A stretch of DNA of 64,000 bases from Patescibacteria group bacterium (GCA_038064535.1 JBBTSX010000009.1:1603-65602), one strand, 5' to 3'. Positions 25,774 to 35,556 are shown, counted from the stretch's first letter. Translations and numbers: made by a program. Notes: generated from the sequence alone by a model not told the origin.

Positions 25774-27252
25774 ATGTCTGCTGAACAGAAGACGATACTC
25801 GTGACCGGCGGTGCCGGATTTATCGGTTCGAGGCTTTGCGCCCGGCTCGTACAAGAGGGTCACCGTGTTATCTCGTTGGATAATTACTTCGCGGGCTCGC
25901 GTGCAAATCACGTCGATGGCGTGGAGTATCGCGAAGGACACACCAAAGACATTGCGCTGTATGTGCCCGAGCATGTCGACCGTATCTACCATCTCGGCGA
26001 ATACGCCCGGGTGGAGCAGAGCATGCTGGAGCCTGATACGGTCCATGACCTCAATGTCATCGGTACAGAGGGGGTGCTGGCGTATTGGCGTGAGAGGAAG
26101 TGCAAACTCGTATATGCGGGGTCATCCACAAAGTTCGGCGACGGCGGGCTTGCGCGCGAAAAAACACCGTATGCATCGACCAAGGCGGCCAATACGGAGA
26201 AAGTAAAAGCACTCGGTGATGCGGAAAAGTTGCCGTATGCAATCACATACTTTTACAACGTGTACGGGCCGGGTGAACGGGCGGGTGTGTACGGAACGGT
26301 CATAGAAGCGTTCAAGCAGATGTATTTGCACGGCTCTCCGATTACCGTGACATCGCCCGGCACACAGCTGCGCAACTTCACCCACGTGGATGACATCGTT
26401 GATGCACTGGTACTCGTCGGGGAGAAGGGTGAGGGCGACGAGTACGGCATCGGCAATGAGCGGGCATATACGGTACTCGACGTCGCGAAACTTTTCCTGC
26501 CTGCGCAGGCAGGCGGCGGCGAAATCATCATGCTGCCGCCGCGCGCGGGTAATCGCATGCAATCGGGACTCGACGTGAATAAGACGCGAAACCTCGGATG
26601 GGTACCGAAGCGCAGTCTAGACGGATATATCGGAGAGTTCGTGCGCTCGCATCCGCGCGGCGTGTTGCGCGAGAAGCGCGTGCTCGTGTTCTCAACGACT
26701 TTTTACCCGGTGCAGGGTCCCGCCGAAGAGACGCTCGTCGAGCTCATGCGTCAGATGCCGGGCGTACAATTCGATATCATCACGACCGCGTTCTCACCGG
26801 AAGGGAGTGTGACGGTGTCCCCGCTTCCGAATGCGCACCTCTATCGCGTCGGCTCGGGTCGCACCGGCGACAAGTATGTACTGCCGGTCTTCGGATTTTG
26901 GGCCGCATATAAATTGCACCGGAAGCACCGGTATCTGTTCGCCTGGTCGCTTATGGCGAGCTATGCGGCGCTTGCCGGTATCTTGCTCAAATACAGTTCG
27001 TCGCTGCCGCTCCTCATCACGCTCGCAGATCAAAAATTGGACGAGGTCGCGCCGTTGGTGCGTTTTGCGCTCAGGCACATTCTTTCCAGCGCAGATCAGG
27101 TGTACGGCGCGAGCCCGGCGCAGGAAAAGCATGCGACGCGGCTGGCTTCCGGAAAATCACTTCGTCATTCAATCGGGGAGGGTGACGCCTTTGCAAACCA
27201 GCTACGCTACGCCTATGCCGAAATATTATTGAATCGCACACCGTCAGTATGA
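25774..27252 (+). CDS. NAD-dependent epimerase/dehydratase fused to a truncated GT4-like domain
   Basis: TGGAGFIG, YASTK, YFYNVYGP; the C-terminal ~190 aa resemble the N-terminal half of the next GT4 gene. Confidence 0.85.
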   Translation: MSAEQKTILVTGGAGFIGSRLCARLVQEGHRVISLDNYFAGSRANHVDGVEYREGHTKDIALYVPEHVDRIYHLGEYARVEQSMLEPDTVHDLNVIGTEGVLAYWRERKCKLVYAGSSTKFGDGGLAREKTPYASTKAANTEKVKALGDAEKLPYAITYFYNVYGPGERAGVYGTVIEAFKQMYLHGSPITVTSPGTQLRNFTHVDDIVDALVLVGEKGEGDEYGIGNERAYTVLDVAKLFLPAQAGGGEIIMLPPRAGNRMQSGLDVNKTRNLGWVPKRSLDGYIGEFVRSHPRGVLREKRVLVFSTTFYPVQGPAEETLVELMRQMPGVQFDIITTAFSPEGSVTVSPLPNAHLYRVGSGRTGDKYVLPVFGFWAAYKLHRKHRYLFAWSLMASYAALAGILLKYSSSLPLLITLADQKLDEVAPLVRFALRHILSSADQVYGASPAQEKHATRLASGKSLRHSIGEGDAFANQLRYAYAEILLNRTPSV

Positions 27253-28460
27253 AAAAAATACTCATCTTTTCGCTTGCGTACTTCCCGAAGCATGTCGGTG
27301 GCGCAGAGGTGGCGATTCAGGAGAAAACGAAGCGCATGCCGGACATAGAATTCCACATGGTGACGAACCGGTTTGATTCGACGTTGCCGAAGGTGGAAAA
27401 AGTAGGCAACGTGCTCGTACACCGCATAGGCATCACAAAAAAGAATCCGCTCATGGGCGACTTGCGCAAATGGCCGCTTCATCTCAACAAGTTCCTCTTT
27501 CAATTTCTTGCCGCATGGAAAGCGATACAGTTGCATCGTCAATACAAGTATGACGCCATCTGGGCGATGATGGCGCACTCATGCGGCGTCCCGGCGGCGA
27601 TATTTAAACTTGCGAATCCGCGTGTTCCGTTTGTGCTTGAGCTACAAGAGGGTGACCCGCCGGCGCATATCGAGCGTACGATGCTTCCGCTCTGGCCGTT
27701 TTTCACCCGCGCATTTACAAAAGCCGATATCATATCGGTGATTTCGACATTCCTTGGTCGCTGGGCACGTGCGAGAGGATTCAAAGGTCCGGTGGTGCTC
27801 GTGCCGAATGCGGTGAACACCGCGCATTTCTCGATGCCGGTAGCGCCACGGCGTATACAGGAGATACAAGAGTCACTCGATAAAAACATGGGGGATGTGT
27901 TCGTCATCACGACATCACGTCTCGTCCACAAGAACGCGGTGGACGACATGATACGCGCGCTTGCGTTCCTGCCCGGAAACGTGCACTTCATCGTGCTGGG
28001 CACCGGACCCGACGAATCAATTCTGCGCAAGCTGGCGTCGAAACTCGGCGTGTCGGGGCGGGTCAGGTTTGTCGGGCAGGTGGGGCATGCCGACATGCCC
28101 GCGTACCTCAAAGCGTGCGACATCTTTATCCGCGCCAGCCGGTCCGAAGGCATGGGGAATTCGTTCGTGGAGGCGATGGCAGCCGAATTGCCGGTCATTG
28201 CGACGCAGGAGGGCGGCATCGCGGACTTCCTTTTTGACGAGAAACGCAATCCCGATAAGCCGATAACCGGTTGGGCTGTCGACGCTGATTCGCCGGAGCA
28301 GGTCGCGGGTGCGGTGAAAGAAATCATGTCCCGTCCCGAGAAAGTCAGGAGCGTCGTTGCGACGGCAAAATCGATGGTGATAGAAAAGTATGATTGGGAT
28401 TTGATTGCGCGCGACATGAAAGAAAAAGTGTTCGACCCGCTCTTCACAAAGAGGGGATAA
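27249..28460 (+). CDS. Glycosyltransferase family 4
   Basis: GGAE motif, SRLVHKN, SEGMGNSFVEAMA. Confidence 0.92.
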   Translation: MKKILIFSLAYFPKHVGGAEVAIQEKTKRMPDIEFHMVTNRFDSTLPKVEKVGNVLVHRIGITKKNPLMGDLRKWPLHLNKFLFQFLAAWKAIQLHRQYKYDAIWAMMAHSCGVPAAIFKLANPRVPFVLELQEGDPPAHIERTMLPLWPFFTRAFTKADIISVISTFLGRWARARGFKGPVVLVPNAVNTAHFSMPVAPRRIQEIQESLDKNMGDVFVITTSRLVHKNAVDDMIRALAFLPGNVHFIVLGTGPDESILRKLASKLGVSGRVRFVGQVGHADMPAYLKACDIFIRASRSEGMGNSFVEAMAAELPVIATQEGGIADFLFDEKRNPDKPITGWAVDADSPEQVAGAVKEIMSRPEKVRSVVATAKSMVIEKYDWDLIARDMKEKVFDPLFTKRG

Positions 28461-28517
28461 CCCGCTAGGTAAAGTCGCTCATTGGGTGTCTGATGTTTAC
28501 AGAGGAGGAACCAAAGA

Positions 28518-28730
28518 ATGTCCAAGCATGTTCCGGGTCCAGCCGCGCAGCTTATTGACTTCGGTTTTGCAGTGAAGCAGCCGCTGTGCCAGGCAGTCGA
28601 CTATGCACTTGGTCTTCAGCAATCAGCGCCCTGGTCTTTGACGGGGTTCCTGGATTTCTGCTATGAGGTGCGTCGCCCGGGCTTTGAGCTTCTGGACACG
28701 CTGTACGGGTTCAGCTCGGTTTCCGACTGA
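28518..28730 (+). CDS. Small hypothetical protein (70 aa)
   Basis: GAGGAGG ribosome-binding site upstream; terminator-like hairpin downstream. Confidence 0.5.
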   Translation: MSKHVPGPAAQLIDFGFAVKQPLCQAVDYALGLQQSAPWSLTGFLDFCYEVRRPGFELLDTLYGFSSVSD

Positions 28731-28760
28731 GACGAGCTGCTAATTCGGTTGGAGGTAACG

Positions 28761-28790
28761 GGACGCGCCGCTCGCGTCCTGTTTCTCTTT
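28761..28790 (+). terminator. Putative intrinsic terminator
   Basis: GGACGCG-CCGCT-CGCGTCC followed by TGTTTCTCTTT. Confidence 0.5.
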
Positions 28791-28806
28791 GCTATACAGT
28801 ACTCGT

Positions 28807-29802
28807 ATGAAGATTGTCATCGCAACGGGCATCTATCCGCCTGATATCGGCGGTCCCGCCTATTACGCCAAGGGTCTCGAGGACGCATTGCGCGCGCTGG
28901 GGCACGGGGTGGAAACGGTGGTCTACGGCGACTTGCGCACATGGCCCATGGGGGCGAGTCATTTGATGTATCTATTCCGCATCTGGCCGCATCTGCGCGG
29001 CGCAGACGCCGTCATAGCGCTCGACACAGCGAGCGTCGCCGTTCCGGCGTGGTTCGCATCGCGCATTCGCGGCGTGCGGCTCATCGTACGCACCGGCGGT
29101 GACTTCGTGTGGGAGCACTACATTGAACGCACGGGAGATTTACTCCCGCTGGTACGTTTTTATAGCGAACACAAACCGCTATCCCTCAAAGAGCGTCTTA
29201 TCTACGCTCTCACGCGTCTCGTCGTCCGCCGCTCGGTACTGGTTTTCAGTACCGAAATGCAACGTGACGTCTGGCTCCGTCCGTACGGACTCAACAAGGA
29301 ACGCACGCACGTCGTCGGCAATGCGATTGATGCGCCGCTTGCCGCGACGGCGCCGGCGCAGAAGAATTTTCTCTGGTATGTGCGTCCCAACGCGATAAAG
29401 AACGGCGCGCATGTGCACTCGGCGTTCGCGAAGGCAAAAGAACGACACCCCGATATCGTGCTTGAGGAGGGCATGGTGCCGCAGGAAAAACTTTTGGAGC
29501 GCATGAAGGGCTGCTATGCGGTAATCCTGCCGTCGGTAACCGAAATCAGTCCCAACTACATTCTCGATGCGCTCAGGTTCAAAAAGCCGTTTATTTTGGA
29601 CAAATATTCCGGCTATGCGAAATGGCTCGCGCCCTACGGTCTTCTCGTCGACCCGCTCGACGAGGACGATATCGCCCGTGCGGTGGGAGAGCTTGCGGAC
29701 GAGAGCGGCTATGCAAAAGCCGTTGCAAAGGCGGCCGCGTTCTCGTTTACGCGCACGTACGAAGAAGTGGCGCGTGACTTTCTTGCGCTCATGAATGACT
29801 GA
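28807..29802 (+). CDS. Glycosyltransferase family 4
   Basis: MKIVIATGIYPPDIGGPA; PSVTEISPNYILDA. Confidence 0.85.
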   Translation: MKIVIATGIYPPDIGGPAYYAKGLEDALRALGHGVETVVYGDLRTWPMGASHLMYLFRIWPHLRGADAVIALDTASVAVPAWFASRIRGVRLIVRTGGDFVWEHYIERTGDLLPLVRFYSEHKPLSLKERLIYALTRLVVRRSVLVFSTEMQRDVWLRPYGLNKERTHVVGNAIDAPLAATAPAQKNFLWYVRPNAIKNGAHVHSAFAKAKERHPDIVLEEGMVPQEKLLERMKGCYAVILPSVTEISPNYILDALRFKKPFILDKYSGYAKWLAPYGLLVDPLDEDDIARAVGELADESGYAKAVAKAAAFSFTRTYEEVARDFLALMND

Positions 29803-30853
29803 TATGCGCGTACTTTCTATCGGGACTGACAGGGCATTATTCGACGACGGGAGTGCGTCGCGAATACGACATGAGGCATATGCCAAACAGTTCGGTTCAC
29901 TCGACATCATTGTCTTTACAAGCGGAAACAAAACACATGTACGGGCGGGGGCGCTTTCTGTCACTCCCACGAATTCTGTCTCAAGGTTTCTCTACGGTTT
30001 CGACGCGTTGCGCATTGCACGAAAACTTCCCAAGCCGGATGTCGTGACGGTACAGGACCCGTTCGAGACGGGCCTTACCGGCTGGCTTATCGCGCGGCGA
30101 CTCAACGTGCCGCTCCATGTTCAGATTCATACGGATTTCTTTTCTCCCGAATTTGCGAAACTTTCATTCTTGAACCGGACACGCGTGTGGATTGCAGGAT
30201 TCGTGCTTCGGCGTGCTTCGCACATCCGCGTCGTATCGGAAAGAATCAAGAAATCGATTGAGGAAAAATATCATCTCAATGTATCAGTTTCCGTACTCCC
30301 GATTTTTGTTGATGTCGCGAAGTTCCGGAATGCTGAGCCGCTTACCGACTTTAGCGATGACCGGATAACGAACTCCGCCTATAAAATTTTGGTTGTTTCC
30401 CGGGACGCTCCGGAAAAGAACATTCGTCTGGCCGTTGAGGCGTTCAAAAAAGCAGCTCCGGACAATGCCTGTCTTATTCTTATCGGGGACATTGACGTCG
30501 ATAATTTGAGTAGTCGCGAGCGTATCTATGGCATGGGCAGAAGCGATCCGGAGCGATACTACAAGAGCGCTGACCTCGTTCTCGTTCCCTCGAAGTACGA
30601 AGGCTACGGACTCGTCATCATCGAGGCGCTCGCCGCGGGGAAACCGGTGCTCTCGACTGATGTCGGTATTGCGCGGGAAGCGGGTGCCATCGTGACGTCT
30701 CCCGGGGGGTTTGCGGACGCACTTTCGGAGTGGTTTAAAAACGGTCCACGGGAAGGCCACTTGGTCGGCTATCCATACGCGAACTTCGAAGAGTACGTGC
30801 AGAAGTACTGTGCCGACATCGCACGGTGCGTTACACCCGTTGCAGTGGCGTAG
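29795..30853 (+). CDS. Glycosyltransferase family 4
   Basis: QDPFETG; PSKYEGYGLVIIEALAAG. Confidence 0.9.
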   Translation: MTDMRVLSIGTDRALFDDGSASRIRHEAYAKQFGSLDIIVFTSGNKTHVRAGALSVTPTNSVSRFLYGFDALRIARKLPKPDVVTVQDPFETGLTGWLIARRLNVPLHVQIHTDFFSPEFAKLSFLNRTRVWIAGFVLRRASHIRVVSERIKKSIEEKYHLNVSVSVLPIFVDVAKFRNAEPLTDFSDDRITNSAYKILVVSRDAPEKNIRLAVEAFKKAAPDNACLILIGDIDVDNLSSRERIYGMGRSDPERYYKSADLVLVPSKYEGYGLVIIEALAAGKPVLSTDVGIAREAGAIVTSPGGFADALSEWFKNGPREGHLVGYPYANFEEYVQKYCADIARCVTPVAVA

Positions 30854-30887
30854 CGCACATCGCTCGGATACACATGGATGCCACCAA

Positions 30888-30925
30888 ATCCTTAATCATT
30901 CGCCATGGTGACGGGATAAGGATAT
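30888..30925. repeat. Downstream copy of the 38-bp semi-palindromic repeat flanking PaaX-like gene 1
   Basis: ATCCTTAATCATTCGCCATGGTGACGGGATAAGGATAT; 28/38 identical to 31516-31553 by manual count. Confidence 0.7.
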
Positions 30926-30936
30926 ACCAAGATGGA

Positions 30937-31515
30937 CTACAAGAGGTTGAAGTGTTTTTTAATCCACGCATCATGTTCGATACTTTCAACGACCACATAC
31001 AATACGTCTTTCCCGATGCGCAGATCCGCTTTGATGAGCGCTATGAGTTCTTCGCAGTCATACGGATATACCCACACACTGTTTTGTAGTCGCAGGAAAC
31101 CATATTCGCGCATGAGTCTCCTCAATCGGTCACGTGTACTCCTCCGGTACTGAGGCACATCAAACATGACGAGCCGGTATCGCTTATCCCATCGCGGCGC
31201 GCGCCTGTGTCGGTGTAAGGCCTTTGCTGTTTCAAGTATGAGCGCGCGCCTACCTTTTTCTGTGATTGTGGCGTAGCGGATTCCGCCACGCTCGACGAAA
31301 CGCAGAAGACCCTTCTTGGCGAGTCGTCCCGAAGCCGTTCTTGCCCGATACCCGAGCTTGTATTTGTCGCCCATGATACGGGGGAGTACTCGAAAGATAT
31401 TCGGAGCGATCATGGTGACGGCGAGAATACCCGCGATGCCAACAGCTCCGAGTACGGCGCTTTGTATGTTCCGTTTCCTCCTGCGCATTCGCGCTTCCGA
31501 TTCTACCAGCCCCAT
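30937..31515 (-). CDS. PaaX-like protein (winged helix plus Cas2-like domain), copy 1
   Basis: RLAKKGLL...ITEKG (wHTH), WDKRYRLVMFDVP, RDRLRRLM..YGFLRLQNSVWVYP. Start moved to the ATG at 31515. Confidence 0.85.
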   Translation of the reverse strand: MGLVESEARMRRRKRNIQSAVLGAVGIAGILAVTMIAPNIFRVLPRIMGDKYKLGYRARTASGRLAKKGLLRFVERGGIRYATITEKGRRALILETAKALHRHRRAPRWDKRYRLVMFDVPQYRRSTRDRLRRLMREYGFLRLQNSVWVYPYDCEELIALIKADLRIGKDVLYVVVESIEHDAWIKKHFNLL

Positions 31516-31556
31516 ATCCCTAATGGTACACCATGGCGCAGAGATAGGGATATGGG
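31511..31556. repeat. Upstream palindromic repeat covering the promoter and start codon of PaaX-like gene 1
   Basis: 12-bp arms CCCATATCCCTA/TAGGGATATGGG with a central CCATGG. Confidence 0.75.
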
Positions 31557-31624
31557 CGGATGGGAGATGGTACGGAGCGTGTGTTCTTGCAGGAATCGGG
31601 AAAAGCGGCAATAATGCGCGCACC

Positions 31625-32542
31625 ATGGGACATAAAGCTGGGAACACGGCACTCATCGGATTCGTCGGTCAGGGATTTATCGGCAAGAGCTACGCCGATG
31701 ACTTGGAAAAACGCGGTTATGCGGTTGTGCGATATTCACTCGAAGAGCCGTACAGAGCAAATAAGCACAAGATAGCGGAGTGCGGCATTGTCTTTATCGC
31801 CGTGCCCACGCCGACGACGCCGAAAGGATTTGATTACTCGATCATCCGCGGTTCGCTCGGGCTCGTAAAGCCGGGAGCAAGTGTCGTAATCAAATCTACG
31901 TTACTGCCGGGGACGACCGTCGTACTGCAAAAAGCATTTCCGAAACTCTTCATTATGCATTCGCCGGAATTTCTCGTCGCGAGAAATGCACGCGCCGACG
32001 CGAGTAAGCCGTCCCGCAATATCATCGGTATTCCGAAAAAGTCGGCCTCCTATACCAAACGTGCGCGGGAGATTTTGAAAATTCTACCGAAGGCACCGTT
32101 TGCGCTGGTGTGTTCCTCCGAAGAGGCCGAGATCATCAAGTATGCCGGCAATGCGATGCTGTATCTCAAAGTGCTGTTCGCCAACATGCTCTACGACACG
32201 GCGCGCGGGGCGGGGGCTGATTACGAGGTTATACGGGCCGCCATCGGGGCAGACCCCCGCATTGGGCCGTCGCACCTGCAGGTCGTCCATGACAGCGGGC
32301 ACAAAGGCGCCAAGAAAGGCCGCGGTGCAGGCGGACTGTGCTTCATCAAGGATGTCGCAGCGTTCACAGATTTTTACAGCGCACTCACGGGTGACGAGTA
32401 CGGAGAGGCTTGGTTCAGGGCGGCAATGCGCATGAACGCGAATCTTCTGACGAGCACCGGTAAGGATCTCGACTTACTCCAAGGGGTGCACGGCAAATCG
32501 TTCGTGACGCGGTTTCGTAAGAAGAAACACACAAAAAGATGA
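31625..32542 (+). CDS. UDP-glucose/GDP-mannose dehydrogenase family protein (short form)
   Basis: GFVGQGFIG, FIAVPTP, IKST, SPEFL, AEIIKY, GGLCFIKD. Confidence 0.88.
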   Translation: MGHKAGNTALIGFVGQGFIGKSYADDLEKRGYAVVRYSLEEPYRANKHKIAECGIVFIAVPTPTTPKGFDYSIIRGSLGLVKPGASVVIKSTLLPGTTVVLQKAFPKLFIMHSPEFLVARNARADASKPSRNIIGIPKKSASYTKRAREILKILPKAPFALVCSSEEAEIIKYAGNAMLYLKVLFANMLYDTARGAGADYEVIRAAIGADPRIGPSHLQVVHDSGHKGAKKGRGAGGLCFIKDVAAFTDFYSALTGDEYGEAWFRAAMRMNANLLTSTGKDLDLLQGVHGKSFVTRFRKKKHTKR

Positions 32543-32554
32543 TGTCACGATGTC

Positions 32555-33601
32555 ATGAGGCTTCTCATTGTCACGCAGACGGTCGACAAAAACAGCCAGG
32601 TGCTGGGTTTTTTCCACAGGTGGATCGGGGAGTTCGCAAAACAGTTCGAAAGCATCTCGGTCATTTGCCTTTTTGAAGGGGAACATTCATTGCCCGCGAA
32701 CGTGCGGGTATATTCACTCGGCAAGGAATCAATGTCGGGAAAAAGTATGATATATCATACTTTTTCCCGGCGGATCTCGTATGTGGTCCGTTTCTGGAAG
32801 CTCATCTGGCACCTGCGGCGTGAGTACGATTCCGTGCTTGTTCACATGAATCAGGAGTATGTATTGCTCGGCGTATTCCCGTGGAAACTCATGCGCAAAC
32901 GTATCTACCTGTGGCGCAATCACTACGCAGGCTCTCTGTTCACCCGTCTCGCCGTCGCGTTCTCGCACAAAGTCTTCTGCACGTCGAAGCATTCCTATAC
33001 CGCCCGTTTCAAAAAAACGGTGCTGATGCCCGTCGGCATTGATACCGATGTGTTCAACGAAGACCCGCAGATGCCGCGTGACGCGCGCTCTATTCTCTCG
33101 CTAGGCCGCATCGCACCGTCGAAGCACGTCGATGTTCTCATCGAAGCGCTGCACCTGCTTTCGCGCAGGACTTCCTTCACCGCGGACATATACGGAGATG
33201 CGCTCCCGCAGGACGCCGGATATCTGGAGAAACTGAAGTGCATGGTCGCCGACTACGGACTCGGGAAAAGCGTCATCTTTCACGGCGGCGTCGCAAATCA
33301 CGCGACGCCTGCCGTGTACCGGAGCCATCGTATATTCGTGAACACGTCACAGAGCGGCATGTACGACAAGACCATTTTCGAAGCGGCGGCCTGCGGCTGT
33401 ACCGTCCTCGCTTCGAGCCGTGATTTTGCGGAACTTTTTGGAGCCGGAGGTTATTTTGCGGAAGGAAATAGTGAGGAGTTGGCGCATAAACTTGAGGGGT
33501 ATCTCACGGCGGAGACTTCGGCGGGTGAGAGATACCGCGGCATCGTCTCGAGCCACAGCTTGCGGGAGCTCGGGAAAGCGCTCGCCGAAAGAATGATGTA
33601 A
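32555..33601 (+). CDS. Glycosyltransferase family 4
   Basis: LGFFHRWI, GRIAPSK, SGMYDKTIFEAAACG. Confidence 0.88.
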   Translation: MRLLIVTQTVDKNSQVLGFFHRWIGEFAKQFESISVICLFEGEHSLPANVRVYSLGKESMSGKSMIYHTFSRRISYVVRFWKLIWHLRREYDSVLVHMNQEYVLLGVFPWKLMRKRIYLWRNHYAGSLFTRLAVAFSHKVFCTSKHSYTARFKKTVLMPVGIDTDVFNEDPQMPRDARSILSLGRIAPSKHVDVLIEALHLLSRRTSFTADIYGDALPQDAGYLEKLKCMVADYGLGKSVIFHGGVANHATPAVYRSHRIFVNTSQSGMYDKTIFEAAACGCTVLASSRDFAELFGAGGYFAEGNSEELAHKLEGYLTAETSAGERYRGIVSSHSLRELGKALAERMM

Positions 33602-33628
33602 TCTGTCCGTAACCGGCAGCCACTATAT

Positions 33629-34261
33629 ATGACAATACTTCGCAAAGAAGAACACAGGGTGCTGAGAAGCATACGTTTATCCGGTTCCATATTGGATCTC
33701 GGCGGAGATAAACGTTCCGAGTACCAGAAGCTGTTTCCCGGCGAGTACTCCATCAAGACGGCAAATATGAGCGACGAGTCGGAGCCGGATATTCGATGCG
33801 ATCTTGAGAAGCCCCTGCCGGTCAAGGACGCGTCATTCGACGGCGTACTGCTCATCAATGTGCTTGAGCACATCTTCGAGTATCGCCGCTTGCTGGAAGA
33901 GAGTGCGCGCGTATTGAAACCGAATGGCAAAATTGTGGTGGTGGTTCCGTTTCTTTTCCCGTACCATCCGTCACCCAATGACTTTCACCGGTATACGTCA
34001 TCCGCGCTCGAGCGCGCGCTCGAGTCTGCAGGATTTTCTGACATCACCGTCGCGCCGCTCGGCTCCGGAGTTTTTGCCGTGCGGTGGGTCCTGATAGAGC
34101 GCCTCTTACCCGCTCCACTGAGGGCGCTTTCTGTGATTGCCGGCCCGTTCGTCGCTTTTTTCGACCGGGTGCTGGTACGGCTGGCGCGGGCACTCAACAA
34201 GAAATACAATGCGTCCGATTATGCGCTCGGGTATGTCGCAACCGCGACACGCAGGGTATGA
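33629..34261 (+). CDS. Class I SAM-dependent methyltransferase
   Basis: ILDLGG, FDGV...NVLEH, RVLKPNG, PFLFPYHPSPNDFHRYT. Confidence 0.88.
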   Translation: MTILRKEEHRVLRSIRLSGSILDLGGDKRSEYQKLFPGEYSIKTANMSDESEPDIRCDLEKPLPVKDASFDGVLLINVLEHIFEYRRLLEESARVLKPNGKIVVVVPFLFPYHPSPNDFHRYTSSALERALESAGFSDITVAPLGSGVFAVRWVLIERLLPAPLRALSVIAGPFVAFFDRVLVRLARALNKKYNASDYALGYVATATRRV

Positions 34262-35133
34262 ACCCTGCCGATACTGTGCCGGGCACCCCGGCACGAAGCG
34301 CCGTGAAGAATCACGCGGACAACAAGGTTCACTGTTCTGTCGGTATCCTTACCTATAATTCGGAGAAAACACTCCGGCGCGCACTGGAGAGTGTAAAAGA
34401 CTTTTCCGACATAATTATTTGCGACGGGGGCTCTACGGACGGGACGCTCGATATCGCCCGTGGATATAACGCTCACATAATTCCGCAGGACAGGGTATTC
34501 AAAGATGAACTGGGCCGCATCGCGGATTTTGCCGGTGTTCGCAATCAGACACTCGACGCCGCGAAAGAGAATTGGTTCCTTTTTATCGATTCGGACGAAT
34601 ACATATCAAAAGAATTGGAGGGAGAGATACGACGCATAATAGCGAAGCAGACTGAGGGCGCTTTCACGCTCTTCCGGAGATACGTGGCGGGTGAAGAAGA
34701 AGTCATGTGTGCCACCGCATACCCGAACAGGTCCATGCGATTTTTCGCGAGGTCGTCCGCAGATAGTTTCATTAAGAAAGTGCATGAACGCATACGACTG
34801 AAGCCGGGAGTTACCGCCGAGAATATGGGAGGCGTTCTCTACGTGCCGGTCGACCCAGCGGAGGGCATCAATGTTGTAAAGATGGATTACTACATCAGTC
34901 TCCAGATTGAGCAATTAAAGACAAGCAACAGCGGGTTTTATGGGACATTCTGGACCATTTTCTGGAGACACGCACGGGTGTCTCTTCTCTACCTGTTGCG
35001 CTTGGTCAGAATCAGGTTATTTTGTACCGGCAAAAAGATGCCCCTGACGCACGAGCTTGGGGCGCACGTCTACCACGCGCGGCTGATGATTGCCATGTGG
35101 CGTCGCCGTGTGGAGTTCGGGCAAAATCAGTGA
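34258..35133 (+). CDS. Glycosyltransferase family 2
   Basis: ILTYNSE, DGGSTDGT, FIDSDE; ATG overlaps the upstream stop. Confidence 0.88.
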   Translation: MNPADTVPGTPARSAVKNHADNKVHCSVGILTYNSEKTLRRALESVKDFSDIIICDGGSTDGTLDIARGYNAHIIPQDRVFKDELGRIADFAGVRNQTLDAAKENWFLFIDSDEYISKELEGEIRRIIAKQTEGAFTLFRRYVAGEEEVMCATAYPNRSMRFFARSSADSFIKKVHERIRLKPGVTAENMGGVLYVPVDPAEGINVVKMDYYISLQIEQLKTSNSGFYGTFWTIFWRHARVSLLYLLRLVRIRLFCTGKKMPLTHELGAHVYHARLMIAMWRRRVEFGQNQ

Positions 35134-35253
35134 CATCGGCACGGATACACAATGATGTCACGCCCCATCGGTCCTGAAATGCCGGAAGTGTAGCCGCTTT
35201 TTCCGGGAGGCGCGTGATTTGGAATATTTCGTCCAAAATGTAATACTGCTCGC

Positions 35254-35556
35254 ATGGCAAGTCCGAAAATAATAATAACAGGGGGGCTCGGGTTCATTTT
35301 CTCCCACGTCACCGAGCATTTTGTTAAAAAAGGGTGGGAAGTAATCGTTGTAGATAATCAATCGGCCGGTAGCCACCCGGAAATTATTGACGATTCTTTT
35401 GAGTACCACAAAAGGAAAATCAATACCTTCCCGGAGAAGCGTCTTGGCATGGACATGAAATACCAGACGGATGCATCGCGTATTCGTGAAGAGCTCGGCT
35501 GGGAGCCCTTGTATTCATTTGACGAAGGATTGAAACAATATTTGCTCGAAGCTTAG
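35254..35556 (+). pseudogene. Internally deleted NAD-dependent epimerase/dehydratase, paralogue of 37371-38378
   Basis: Only the first ~50 aa and last ~45 aa of the enzyme remain; promoter and 5' end are nearly identical to 37331 onward. Confidence 0.85.

Noticed and set aside
31625-32542. Pseudogene call for the short UDP-glucose dehydrogenase
   Set aside because: The catalytic motifs are intact and there is no frameshifted remainder downstream, so it appears to be a natural short form.
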